From Candidatus Enterousia avicola (lineage in GTDB: Bacteria; Pseudomonadota; Alphaproteobacteria; Rs-D84): a DNA stretch of 64,000 nt. Both the position numbers and the translations under genes were made by a program. The first letter of the stretch is position 1. Each line of letters starts with the position of its first letter. The stretch is taken from positions 7,233 through 71,232 of the forward strand of contig DVNO01000006.1 of assembly GCA_018714345.1 (NCBI GenBank), given 5' to 3'. Below are positions 36,409 to 46,539 of this stretch, piece by piece. The notes under the pieces are model-generated. The model was not told where the DNA came from, ran no database searches, and worked only from the letters and a program-made list of their open reading frames with translations.

Positions 36409-38847
36409 CTAAGCTGCCAAACTGTAGTTAGCAGCATATTGATTAAATTGCGCAATCTTTACGGCATTAAAAGCGTTTTGTTTCTTCTTTGCGCTGCCCA
36501 ATGACCAAGAATAGAATTTTCCAAGATGTAAGTTACGTCCTGTCTCAAGCATATCCCAAAACGCTACAAGTTCTTTATAAGAATCCTTGTGCTTATCATC
36601 CCATGTTCTTATTTCTTCATTACGTTTATTGATACGCTCTGTAGCCTCTGCTACTAAGCCTGTAGCATTTTCATATTCATTTATTTTCTGTTCCATATAA
36701 TCTGAATATGACTGTCTGGTATTGTAACGACTCTCTGCGTTTTGCATGGCACTAAGCAATGCAGGCCTGTCTCTTACCGCATCACGAATTTGATCACGAC
36801 TATAAAGCCCACGTAAATTGGCTGTTAATTCACGCGCCTCTTCATATTTCTGCTCTTTTTCTGCTTCGGCTTCTCTTTTCCTTGCCAAAATATCTTGAGC
36901 TAATGCAGACGCAGCTTCTGTTGTCAAACCAGCATACGTAGCGGGATCATTAAATTTTGCTTCTAAATCAGCTATTTTTTGTTTTAATGCATTTCTTTGC
37001 CCCAACACACTAGAAATCTGTCTGCGCGCATTAACAATATCATCTGCCCTTTCAAAATTTTCTTTAGCCTGAATATAATCATCGTGAGCCACCCTTGCAC
37101 TGTTTTGCGCCGCTTGCATCTGTCTTTTCCTGCGCGGCATAGTGCTTTCGTTAAACCCAGCAGTATTCAAACCACTTAACACCGATCTCTGCGCCGTAAT
37201 AACCGACTGATCTAAGGGATCTTCAACTCGTCTTTGTTGTTCTGCTGCCGTACGTTCCGCATCATTATTTGATGTCCATTGATTACGAAGATTTTTTAAT
37301 CTATCTGCTTTGCCATTAAATTTGCTGCCCGATAACCTTATCATATTGCCAATTCCAGTTAACGTATACCCAACAACCTGCAAGCCTTTCTTTATAGTGT
37401 AATCAAACGCAGTTGTTACGATTTTTATTTCGTTCTTATTCCATGATAAGTCTTTATCTGAGAATATAGTTAAATCAGACTTATTAAAAGCCTCCATTAT
37501 CTTACTATTCGTATAACCGTATTTTACAACAGACAATATCTCCATTGCCGTCTTGGCTTCATCTATCTTGTTTTCACGAACTGCCTTCATAATCAGTTCT
37601 TCTACAATCGCTTTTAACTGACGTCCATTTTTCAATGCACCAGCAAAAGTTTTTGGCATAGATGTCTTTAACTCCTCCATAGTTTTTACAAACCAGTCAA
37701 AATGGTCTGTGGCCCTTGGAGATTTATACATAAGATTATTCTTTATATCAGACTTCTTTTCTAATATCTTATCCAAGCCCTCTGTTGGCTTGTAACTTTT
37801 CCCTATTGCTTTAACTATAAGCTTGGCAGACTCTGAGAAATAAAGTCTATCCCCCGATGCCTTTAAATATTTATCAAGATAATCTTCAATCGTATCACTT
37901 ACATCGCCCTTCAACTTTTGGTAAAACGTCAATTCTTCACTACGTTTTGGTGGGACATAATCCTTACTTTCCTTATTTTCATAATCTAATTTAGAATTGG
38001 CCTCTTCTACTTTTCCTGAAACTTTACCATCGTCATACTGTTTGAATACGTCATATATTTTTTTATTTTTAACAAGGGTATTTAATAAATCTACATAATC
38101 CCCTCTTCTAGAGGCGTCTCCTTTGAACAGCACCATTTTTGATGGATCAACACGCTCGTCATCAAAGCCATTTATTATCGGACTGACATCTGGTATCGTA
38201 TCACCAGGGCCTAACCTTAAAACACTGCGAAACTCTTCTGACGTACTATACGCATCAATATACTGCGCTATTTTCTTTATTTTCTTTTGAAAACTGGGCG
38301 AAGAATTGTATTTTTTTGAGGATATTCCAGATAATAACTGGCTGTAAGTAAAATCTTTGTCTAAAATACCCCAATTTTGAAACTGAACTTCCAGTCTTGT
38401 TTTATACTTAGTTAAAAAATTCTTAAAATCATTATTAATAAAGTCTTCTGCAGTCGGATTTGCTATACTATTAGTGAAAATCTGACTGGGGGAATTACCA
38501 AAATATTCATCTAAAAACTTTACCGCATCTGGAGAATTTTTTTCCAGTTTTTCACGATCCGCAGACATGTTACGGAAAGCATTTTGAAATGCTACGAAAA
38601 ACTTTTTCCACTCCCCATCTTCCATAAAAAACTCTGACGCACTATTTAATGGATCAGGCATCGCGTTTTCTGTCCATCTGCCATTAGTACCTTGATGCAT
38701 TAATTTCTTTTTCCATGTCTTCATATTTCCACGGAAATCGTCAGATTTTACATATACGTCAAACTGCGCACGAACCTCTGGCGGCATATGATTGAATCGA
38801 TACTGCATATAGTATTGCAACACAAAATCATCCATTTTCACTGCCAT
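36409..38847 (-). CDS. 812-aa orphan protein with a long C-terminal coiled-coil region
   Basis: Uninterrupted ORF with no signal peptide or TM. The C-terminal ~270 aa are rich in heptad-like charged repeats (AEQQRRVED...KIADLEAKF...REAEAEKEQKYEEAREL). No family recognised. Confidence 0.6.
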   Translation of the reverse strand: MAVKMDDFVLQYYMQYRFNHMPPEVRAQFDVYVKSDDFRGNMKTWKKKLMHQGTNGRWTENAMPDPLNSASEFFMEDGEWKKFFVAFQNAFRNMSADREKLEKNSPDAVKFLDEYFGNSPSQIFTNSIANPTAEDFINNDFKNFLTKYKTRLEVQFQNWGILDKDFTYSQLLSGISSKKYNSSPSFQKKIKKIAQYIDAYSTSEEFRSVLRLGPGDTIPDVSPIINGFDDERVDPSKMVLFKGDASRRGDYVDLLNTLVKNKKIYDVFKQYDDGKVSGKVEEANSKLDYENKESKDYVPPKRSEELTFYQKLKGDVSDTIEDYLDKYLKASGDRLYFSESAKLIVKAIGKSYKPTEGLDKILEKKSDIKNNLMYKSPRATDHFDWFVKTMEELKTSMPKTFAGALKNGRQLKAIVEELIMKAVRENKIDEAKTAMEILSVVKYGYTNSKIMEAFNKSDLTIFSDKDLSWNKNEIKIVTTAFDYTIKKGLQVVGYTLTGIGNMIRLSGSKFNGKADRLKNLRNQWTSNNDAERTAAEQQRRVEDPLDQSVITAQRSVLSGLNTAGFNESTMPRRKRQMQAAQNSARVAHDDYIQAKENFERADDIVNARRQISSVLGQRNALKQKIADLEAKFNDPATYAGLTTEAASALAQDILARKREAEAEKEQKYEEARELTANLRGLYSRDQIRDAVRDRPALLSAMQNAESRYNTRQSYSDYMEQKINEYENATGLVAEATERINKRNEEIRTWDDKHKDSYKELVAFWDMLETGRNLHLGKFYSWSLGSAKKKQNAFNAVKIAQFNQYAANYSLAA

Positions 38848-38986
38848 GTAAAACCTCTATTGCTATCTTGCTGATTATAATACTTTTTTGACAAATTTTC
38901 AATATTTTAGTCTTTGTCACAGCCTCACCCAACATGGGTTTTGTATCCTGTATATTTACAAGCCAATTCTGGTATAAAATTGTACC

Positions 38987-39676
38987 ATGACTTTAAGTAT
39001 ACGAACCATATTCCTTAAGATGATACCTTACCTATTATCAATCGCTGGTGGTATCGTTTTGTTTAAGTTAACCGAAAATAATATTCACGACCCAAATTTA
39101 TCCGATTTGATAAACAATATTGCCGCGTCATTGTTAGCAATTCCGTTGGTATTCTTACTGTATGATTATTCTAATTATCGAGTTTCTAGCCAATTGAATA
39201 AGACTATGACAAGTCATATTACCGACAAAACAAACATTATTCTCTTAAATGTCATTATAATTACAAGGCAAATCCTTGATATTAAGAAAAAGCTGACTTT
39301 TACCACGCTGAACCAAATGGGCAATATGTCTTTGACCAAAATAACAAACAAACTAAAAATTACAAAAAAACAACTGGATGACTTGCGAACTTATTGCAAT
39401 GAACTGGATGATGTAGTAAACAGCAGCACAAAAAACAGCATACTAACACCCGACCAAATTCAAGTTATTACAGGTTTGATTAGAGACATGTCCTTGCTAA
39501 TAAATGAACACAATTTTAGGCACAATAAAAGAATTGCCGCAAAATATATTGAAAATATAATTGGTAAAATAATAGATTGGCTTGATTCCGATGCTTTTGC
39601 TGCGATGCACTTTCAACAATTATTGGACGCGGCCGAACTTGGTGCAGAAACCAGCGAAAAATCATCTAAGGACTAA
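38987..39676 (+). CDS. Membrane protein (two N-terminal TM helices plus helical cytoplasmic domain), unknown function
   Basis: MIPYLLSIAGGIVLFKL and AASLLAIPLVFLLY hydrophobic helices. Divergent from the 812-aa gene. Confidence 0.45.
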   Translation: MTLSIRTIFLKMIPYLLSIAGGIVLFKLTENNIHDPNLSDLINNIAASLLAIPLVFLLYDYSNYRVSSQLNKTMTSHITDKTNIILLNVIIITRQILDIKKKLTFTTLNQMGNMSLTKITNKLKITKKQLDDLRTYCNELDDVVNSSTKNSILTPDQIQVITGLIRDMSLLINEHNFRHNKRIAAKYIENIIGKIIDWLDSDAFAAMHFQQLLDAAELGAETSEKSSKD

Positions 39677-39752
39677 GAGATTTCAATATATTTTACTGTT
39701 GAAACAACGCATTCGCTGTGCTATGCTAGCCCCAGAAAACAAAGGGGATAAT

Positions 39753-40994
39753 ATGTATATACTTGCTTTGAACTGTGGTTCATCATCACTTAAATATCAA
39801 GTTTTTGATGCAGATTCTAAAAAAGCCGTTGTTGGTGGAAATGTTGAAAAAATCGGTTTGCCAGACTCTTTTATAACTCAAAAATACCCAGACGGGGCAA
39901 AGACTCGCAAAGAAACAGAAATGAAAAATCATAACGAGGCTTTAAACGTCGTTCTTTTCATGTTGAGAGAAGCTTCCATTGATATGAGTGATATAAAAGG
40001 TGTTGGTCATCGCGTTGTTATGGGGGGCGATAAATTTGCTTCTTCCGTTGAAATTACAGACGACGTTATGAAAACTATTGAAGAGTTGTCCCCACTGGCC
40101 CCATTGCATAATCCTTCAGCTTTGATGGGTATTGTCACAGCAAAGCAGTTGTTGCCAAATGCGACTCAGGTTGCCGTATTTGATACCGCTTTCCATCAGA
40201 CTATGCCAGACTACGCATATCGTTATGCAGTTCCAAGTGCATGGTATACAGAACTTGGTGTGCGTAGATACGGCTTCCATGGAACATCTCACCTATATGT
40301 ATCCAAACGTGCTGCAAAGTTATTGGGAAAGCCTGCTGACAAATGTAATTTGATCACATTACACATAGGTTCTGGCGCATCCGCAACTGCCATAAAAAAT
40401 GGTGTGTCCGTTGATACGTCTTTAGGTATGACACCGTTATCTGGTCTGACAATGGGAACACGCCCAGGCGACGTTGATCCTGGTGTAATTTTGTATGTTA
40501 TGGAACGCTTGCATTTAACCCCTGAACAGATGCAAAAACATTTAAATAAAGATTCTGGTTTGATAGGGTTGACAGAATGTTTTGTTGATCGTCGTGACGT
40601 AGAATCAAACCGCGATACAAACGATAAATGTCGTTTGGCCATCGATATGGAAGCACATAATGTAAAGAAGTATATTGGTGCATATATGGCAGAACTTGGG
40701 CATACGGACGCATTAGTTTTCACCGCTGGTGTTGGGGAAAACGACGATTATCTGCGTGAAAAGTTCTGCTCAGGCTTGGAAGAACTTGGCATTAAACTTG
40801 ATAAGGAAAAGAACGCGGCAGCATTGGCCAGAAAAGGTGTTGACGAAGCTGAAATTTCTACACCTGACAGCCGCGTAAAAATCTTTATGATTGCAACTAA
40901 TGAAGAATTAGTCATAGTAGAAGATACTTTGGCAATCATGAATGGCACTTATAATCCAAATCATTTGGAAATGGATTATTCTTTCGCTAAATAA
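39753..40994 (+). CDS. ackA: Acetate kinase
   Basis: The ATG at 39753 after SD aaagggga gives MYILALNCGSSSLKYQVFD. GFHGTSH motif. Confidence 0.9.
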   Translation: MYILALNCGSSSLKYQVFDADSKKAVVGGNVEKIGLPDSFITQKYPDGAKTRKETEMKNHNEALNVVLFMLREASIDMSDIKGVGHRVVMGGDKFASSVEITDDVMKTIEELSPLAPLHNPSALMGIVTAKQLLPNATQVAVFDTAFHQTMPDYAYRYAVPSAWYTELGVRRYGFHGTSHLYVSKRAAKLLGKPADKCNLITLHIGSGASATAIKNGVSVDTSLGMTPLSGLTMGTRPGDVDPGVILYVMERLHLTPEQMQKHLNKDSGLIGLTECFVDRRDVESNRDTNDKCRLAIDMEAHNVKKYIGAYMAELGHTDALVFTAGVGENDDYLREKFCSGLEELGIKLDKEKNAAALARKGVDEAEISTPDSRVKIFMIATNEELVIVEDTLAIMNGTYNPNHLEMDYSFAK

Positions 40995-40999
40995 AAGAC

Positions 41000-41022
41000 A
41001 CCGCCCGCATGGGCGGTTTTTT
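41000..41022 (+). terminator. Intrinsic terminator after ackA
   Basis: accgccc-gcat-gggcggt hairpin followed by T6. Confidence 0.75.
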
Positions 41023-41040
41023 CTTATTATAAATTCTGCG

Positions 41041-42336
41041 TTACTTTAAAATATCCCCTGCTTTTATATACTCTGGGCTTCCCTTTTTTAAGGATTTTTG
41101 AGCACGCTTTGCATAATCACGCGCCTTGTCTGATCTGCCAATCATGTTATAGTATTCTGCACGTGCCCAATCTGCGCGCCCATCTTCATAGGCGCGCGCC
41201 AATACCCAATATGTTAGGGGCGCAGGTTGCGTTAACAAAGAACGTTTGCATAATTCTATAGCACGCGCCTTATCTTTTGGTTTGTTACGCTCTGTTAAAA
41301 CAACTGCCAAAGCTGTTTCTATTTGAGGGGCTTTGTCTTTTACCAACTCTAAGCTCTTTTCATAAGCATCTACACTATCATCATAATGTCCCAATTGGTA
41401 TTCTATGTCACCTAACAACTCATAAAAATACGGGTTTTCTGCATCTCTAGATATTAATGTTATCGTTCCAACGCGTGCCCCTTCTAAATCGCCATTTTGC
41501 ATTCTGGCAATAGCACGCGCATACAATGCGGCATCAGACTTATCAGAATTTGGGTAAAGCGTTGAAACCTTATCAGCGTTATCTAAGTACCCTATCAACT
41601 TTGCACGAACCAGTTCATATTCTTCACGTTGCGTATCAGTTGGGGCATTTGTTGCTACATAATCAACATCCCTTTTATCAAGTTGTGCACGAACATTGCT
41701 TAATCGTTCCGCAGTCAAAGGGTGATTTATTCTGTTTGGATTAATCCTTGATTCAAACGCCCCCGTCATATTTTCCATCTGTCCAAAAACTTCTATAAAA
41801 CCATTTGGATTCAACTTTGCCCGTTGCATTAACTTCAAGCCCATGTCATCTGCAATACGCTCTTCATCACGCGTAAATGCCAACATAGATTGCTGTGCTA
41901 TACCACTAGACCCCGCCAAGACCCCCGCCCCCATAGACGGGTCCCCACCTAGCGCCATTAACCCGATACCCAATGCTTGTATCAACATTGTGCGGGTCAT
42001 CTCGGCACTCATTCTATCAGCCATCTGAGCTGTATGCCCCCCAAGAGTATGACCAAGTTCGTGCGCCACAACTGCCTGTAATGCATCAGGAGATTTTATT
42101 TGTTTTAACAACCCAGTATAAACGTATACGTCTTCCCCCCCCATAACGAATGCATTAAAATCATTGTCATCAACTATATGAACCCGCAAACGACCATCTG
42201 GTATATCTGCCGCACTTGCAAGCGGCGCAATCAAATCAGTAATAACACTTTCGGTTTCCGTATCATTTATAAGAGATACCGCCCCAGCTGGTAGTACCAG
42301 AAATATAAACAGCAAAGATACAAATATTCTACGCAC
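41041..42336 (-). CDS. M48-family metalloprotease with TPR domain (BepA/YfgC-like)
   Basis: HELGHTLGGH zinc motif and C-terminal TPR-like repeats. The GTG at 42336 gives the signal peptide (M)RRIFVSLLFIFLVLPAGA and overlaps the recG end by 8 nt. Confidence 0.8.
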   Translation of the reverse strand: MRRIFVSLLFIFLVLPAGAVSLINDTETESVITDLIAPLASAADIPDGRLRVHIVDDNDFNAFVMGGEDVYVYTGLLKQIKSPDALQAVVAHELGHTLGGHTAQMADRMSAEMTRTMLIQALGIGLMALGGDPSMGAGVLAGSSGIAQQSMLAFTRDEERIADDMGLKLMQRAKLNPNGFIEVFGQMENMTGAFESRINPNRINHPLTAERLSNVRAQLDKRDVDYVATNAPTDTQREEYELVRAKLIGYLDNADKVSTLYPNSDKSDAALYARAIARMQNGDLEGARVGTITLISRDAENPYFYELLGDIEYQLGHYDDSVDAYEKSLELVKDKAPQIETALAVVLTERNKPKDKARAIELCKRSLLTQPAPLTYWVLARAYEDGRADWARAEYYNMIGRSDKARDYAKRAQKSLKKGSPEYIKAGDILK

Positions 42337-44383
42337 TGATACCAACCCCACGATCAAAAATAAACATTAAATCATTTGTCCAGGCATCTGGTTTTACCAT
42401 ATCACGCGCCGCATTTGAGGCCAATTTGAATAAATCCCGATGTCGTGCATAATCAACAAAATGATAATTTATCCAACCACTTTGTCTGGTTCCTAACAAT
42501 TCCCCTGTACCGCGCATAATCAAATCTTGCTCAGCAATAACAAAACCATCATCCGTTTGTGTTAAGACGTCCAGACGTTTCAAACCCTCTTCACTAATAT
42601 TATTTCCATAGACAAGAATACAATAAGACTGCAAGCTACCACGCCCAACGCGCCCACGCAACTGATGTAAAGCTGCCAAACCAAACCTCTCTGCATTCTC
42701 TATAACAATTATTGTTGCACGTGGAACATCTATACCAACCTCTATCACAGTTGTTGCAACAAGTATTTTCATATCAGACTTATCATCAGCAAATTCCGAC
42801 ATAACCTTGTCACGCTGCTTCTTTTCCATCTGACCGTGAACAAGCCCAATATGCGGAAATACTTTTTTCAAATCATCATATCTTGACTGAACCGCGGTTA
42901 AATCAGAAACCTCGGACTCTTCTACCAATGGACAAATCCAAAAAACTTTAGCCCCAGAATCTACTTGTAATTTTAACCTAGCAACCAGCTCAGGTATTCT
43001 GGCCATCGGCAATTTAGTTGTTTTTATCGGTAATCTGCCTGCGGGTTTTTCGTTTATTATCGACACATCCATATCACCATATATCGTCATCGAAAGAGTT
43101 CTGGGGATCGGTGTCGCAGATAACGCTAGAAAGTCTGGATTATCCCCCTTGGCCCGCAAAGCCTCGCGCTGAGATACACCAAAGCGGTGCTGTTCATCAA
43201 CAATTACTAAGCCCAAATCTTTATATTCAACATCTTCTGAAAACAATGCATGTGTTCCAACTACTATCTTTGTACGACCGGAACGCAAAGACACTAATTT
43301 TTCACGACGCGATGCACCTTTATCTCGTCCAGTCAAAACATCACATACAAGCCCTATCTTATCACACAACGGTTTAATTTTCATATAGTGCTGTTGCGCC
43401 AATGTATCCGTCGGCGCAAGCAATGCTGTTTGTGCACCTGTTTCCGCCATTTTAATTGCCGCGGCCAATGCAACAATTGTTTTACCGCTGCCAACGTCAC
43501 CTTGTACCAGTCGCATCATTGGTACGCTGCGTGCCATATCTGCAAAAATCTCGTTAACAGTGCGTTGTTGAGCACCAGTCATAGAAAACGGTAATTCCCC
43601 ATAGAACTTATCCAAAAAGTCATACTTTTTAGGGCGCACATTCCGACGATTCCTGACATCAGACCGATTACGACGACTAATTACTATTGCAGACTGATGT
43701 GCCAAAAGTTCCCAATACGCCAATTTTACAACATATGGTGAATCTGCTGACAAATCTTCTGCACTCTCTGGATAGTGCACATGCTGTAACGCATCAAAAA
43801 ATTCCAGTATATTTGATTCTGTTTCTCCAGAAAGTTTTTCTGGCAAGGCATTAAAAATCTGATCACGTACGTTCGCAAAAGTTTTCTGCGTCAACCCCTC
43901 CCCTGATGGATAAATTGCCTGAATAGATGGAATCTTTCCTGCATTCTGCATTTCCTCTATAAAATCAGGATGATTTATCGTTGGGCGCGCCCCCCGTTCT
44001 AGCTTTCCGCTAACCATTCGCCACTGCCCAATTGGCAACTTTTTTAACCAATAATCCAAAAAATTAACATTGAAAAATTGTATGGTAACCGTATTCCCCA
44101 TTTTATCATTACAAATAATCTGAGACGGCCGTCTATGTCCACGGAATGTTCCACCTTGCTTATGAGACTTTACCAACAAAGGTATAGTTATTATGTCGCC
44201 CGGCAACGCCGTCGCGACATTTTCAGTTATACCACGTGCCCGAATGTAAGCAGGCGTATGTAACATAAAATCTAAAACGCGACGCCCACCAAGCACTTCT
44301 TCAAATCGTGCTGCCAAAACGGGCCCGACACCTTTGATAAACTGCAAGTCGGTATTCAAAAATTCAAATAATTCTTTCTTCAT
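42329..44383 (-). CDS. recG: ATP-dependent DNA helicase RecG
   Basis: Wedge domain followed by helicase motifs GDVGSGKT and VDEQHRFG. Typical length. Confidence 0.95.
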   Translation of the reverse strand: MKKELFEFLNTDLQFIKGVGPVLAARFEEVLGGRRVLDFMLHTPAYIRARGITENVATALPGDIITIPLLVKSHKQGGTFRGHRRPSQIICNDKMGNTVTIQFFNVNFLDYWLKKLPIGQWRMVSGKLERGARPTINHPDFIEEMQNAGKIPSIQAIYPSGEGLTQKTFANVRDQIFNALPEKLSGETESNILEFFDALQHVHYPESAEDLSADSPYVVKLAYWELLAHQSAIVISRRNRSDVRNRRNVRPKKYDFLDKFYGELPFSMTGAQQRTVNEIFADMARSVPMMRLVQGDVGSGKTIVALAAAIKMAETGAQTALLAPTDTLAQQHYMKIKPLCDKIGLVCDVLTGRDKGASRREKLVSLRSGRTKIVVGTHALFSEDVEYKDLGLVIVDEQHRFGVSQREALRAKGDNPDFLALSATPIPRTLSMTIYGDMDVSIINEKPAGRLPIKTTKLPMARIPELVARLKLQVDSGAKVFWICPLVEESEVSDLTAVQSRYDDLKKVFPHIGLVHGQMEKKQRDKVMSEFADDKSDMKILVATTVIEVGIDVPRATIIVIENAERFGLAALHQLRGRVGRGSLQSYCILVYGNNISEEGLKRLDVLTQTDDGFVIAEQDLIMRGTGELLGTRQSGWINYHFVDYARHRDLFKLASNAARDMVKPDAWTNDLMFIFDRGVGISA

Positions 44384-44423
44384 ACACTATAAAAGTAGCC
44401 AAATCTGCCGAATTTATCAATAA

Positions 44424-44450
44424 CAAAAACGTCGCCAAACTGGCGACGCT
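44424..44450 (-). terminator. Intrinsic terminator after rph
   Basis: On the minus strand gcgtcgcca-gtt-tggcgacg followed by T5. Confidence 0.7.
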
Positions 44451-44453
44451 TTC

Positions 44454-45170
44454 CTATTCTAAAACCTGCTTTTGTAAATCAATCAGCTTTTTACAACCAG
44501 CGGATGCCATATCCATTAACGCACTTAATTGCTCTTTATCAAAAGGATGTTGTTCCCCTGTTGCTTGAACTTCTATAAACTTGCCCGAACCAGATATAAC
44601 AAAATTAGAATCCAATTCGGCTACACAATCTTCCTCGTAATCCAAGTCTAAAACCAATTCACCGTCCCACAGCCCTGCTGAAATTGCGGCAACATAATCT
44701 TGTATTGGATTTTCTTTAATGCGCCCACGCGCCATTAACCAACGAATTGCCAGAACCAGCGCAACATAACCACCTGTAATAGACGCACACCGTGTGCCAC
44801 CATCACCTTGTATAACGTCGCAATCAATTGTTATTGTGTGACGCCCCAACTTTTCCATATCAACTACACTACGAAACGCACGCCCTATTAAACGAGAAAT
44901 CTCTGCACTACGATGATCTTTGATCATCGCTTCACGCCCCTTACGTGTACCATTCGCGCGTGGCAACATAGAATACTCAGCCGTTACCCAACCACCCGTT
45001 TTATTCTGCAAGCGCTTCCATAATGGTTGATTTAACTCAACCGTTGCGGTACACAGGACTTGCGTACCCCCAACTTTTATTAAACAGGAACCTTCTGCCC
45101 ACTTATTAATACCCGTTTCCATAGAAACTGGGCGCATTTGATCACTTTTTCGCATAGAAGGTCTTACCAT
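44454..45170 (-). CDS. rph: Ribonuclease PH
   Basis: MRKSDQMRPV...AEGSCLIKVGGTQVLCTA and ITIDCDVIQGDGGTRCASITG match the RNase PH pattern. Confidence 0.95.
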   Translation of the reverse strand: MVRPSMRKSDQMRPVSMETGINKWAEGSCLIKVGGTQVLCTATVELNQPLWKRLQNKTGGWVTAEYSMLPRANGTRKGREAMIKDHRSAEISRLIGRAFRSVVDMEKLGRHTITIDCDVIQGDGGTRCASITGGYVALVLAIRWLMARGRIKENPIQDYVAAISAGLWDGELVLDLDYEEDCVAELDSNFVISGSGKFIEVQATGEQHPFDKEQLSALMDMASAGCKKLIDLQKQVLE

Positions 45171-45293
45171 TTTATCGCCTTTATTAATATTATCAGAACA
45201 CTACTATATAATAACGGGTCCAGATTGCAATTTTTTTTACATTTGATTTTTTACTTATATAATTGTACCCTGCTTGCTTGCAAAAGGATTTTT

Positions 45294-46334
45294 ATGTCAG
45301 CAAAGACAAAACGTCTATTTAAAAAGATAATTAGTTATTCGGGTATATTTTTCTTTGCTCTGGCCGCAGTTATGCTGTGGTGGCAGCTGCGTGAGTATAG
45401 CTTTATCGACATAATTCATGCATTAATAGCTATTCCACCGATAAATTTACTTATGGCTTGCGTTGCATGTTTTGCCGGTTACTTAACCCTGTCTTTATAT
45501 GATTTCTTGGCGTTGCGCTATGTTGGCGGTCATGTTTCTTGGTGGAAATGGATGCTGGCTGGAATGTTGGGCTTTGCCATAAGTAATAATGCGGGGCATG
45601 CCGTGGTTAGTGGTGGCGCCATTAGGTATAGACTTTACACCCGTTGGAGAATTAGCGGCGGAGATATAGTCAAAATGCTTACTTTTTCAGGCTTTACGTT
45701 CTTCTTAGGCTGTTCTGCTATATTGATTATAGGTTATTTCCTTGTGCCTTCTAGTCTGCTGGATAGGTCCGTTGGTGCCAGCGTAGGCATAAACTCTTTG
45801 TTTATAATATGCACAGCCGCGGTAATTGCGTACTTTGCTATGACGGTATTCTTTCAGAAAAAAAGCGTTAAAATAGGAACTTTAAAATTTCAGGTACCAA
45901 CCACAAAAACCGCTTTGATCCAAACGCTGCTTGGCGCAGCGGATAGTGTGTTAGCGGGATTGGTTTTATATTGTTGCCTTTTACCTTTTGTGGAGATCCC
46001 ATTTGGAACATATATCGGGCTGTTCGTAATAGCACAAACAACGGGTATATTTAGTCAGGTGCCGGGTGGCATCGGCGTGTTCGAAAGCATTTTTCTGTTG
46101 GCTTTACCAGATACAGTAGATAAAGCGGATATATTTGGTGCCCTGCTAGCATATAGAATAATTTATTATGTATTGCCGCTGATTGGTGCAGGCGGCTTGT
46201 TCTTTATATACGAAAACTGGTTAAGGACCCGTATGAAGCGTTGGTTGGCAGAAGCAAAAGAAAAAATTCCGCAAATTCCAGAAAAAATCAAAAATATCAA
46301 GAACATAAAAAATATAAAAAAGCACAAGAAATAA
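45294..46334 (+). CDS. Polytopic membrane protein, UPF0104 / lysyl-PG-synthase-TM (flippase-like) family
   Basis: ATG at 45294. About 8 TM helices with the layout I associate with the MprF N-terminal/UPF0104 family (assignment from topology and general pattern only). Tail KIKNIKNIKNIKKHKK. Confidence 0.5.
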   Translation: MSAKTKRLFKKIISYSGIFFFALAAVMLWWQLREYSFIDIIHALIAIPPINLLMACVACFAGYLTLSLYDFLALRYVGGHVSWWKWMLAGMLGFAISNNAGHAVVSGGAIRYRLYTRWRISGGDIVKMLTFSGFTFFLGCSAILIIGYFLVPSSLLDRSVGASVGINSLFIICTAAVIAYFAMTVFFQKKSVKIGTLKFQVPTTKTALIQTLLGAADSVLAGLVLYCCLLPFVEIPFGTYIGLFVIAQTTGIFSQVPGGIGVFESIFLLALPDTVDKADIFGALLAYRIIYYVLPLIGAGGLFFIYENWLRTRMKRWLAEAKEKIPQIPEKIKNIKNIKNIKKHKK

Positions 46335-46339
46335 ATACC

Positions 46340-46368
46340 TTGCTTGCTTGCCCCTGACATGTTATGCT
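46340..46368 (+). promoter_or_regulatory. Possible promoter giving a ~165-nt leader for the RNase E/G gene
   Basis: TTGCTT (46340-46345), 17-nt spacer, TATGCT (46363-46368). No CDS is plausible between here and the ATG at 46540. Confidence 0.35.
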
Positions 46369-46539
46369 AGATGTTAACGTATGAAATGGGGTTGATATAA
46401 GTGTTTATGTTATCACTGCTATTTTTAATTCGATACGCGCTGTTTATCATCGTTGCGCACTCTCTTGGCATGGGCTTGGACGCCCCACGGGGACGGATTA
46501 TTGCCATTCCATACGAATACAACATAAAAGGATTACTAA

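Noticed and set aside
46270-46334. Imperfect 9-nt periodicity encoding KIKNIKNIKNIKKHKK at the end of the UPF0104 gene
   Set aside because: The repeat units are not identical at the DNA level, so this is a low-complexity Lys/Asn tail rather than a contingency locus.
45268-46351. 13/14-nt direct repeat cc[c/t]tgcttgcttgc flanking the UPF0104 gene (45268-45281 and 46338-46351)
   Set aside because: Matches of this length are expected by chance many times in 64 kb. The second copy coincides with a plausible -35 region for the RNase E/G promoter. There are no other hallmarks of mobility.
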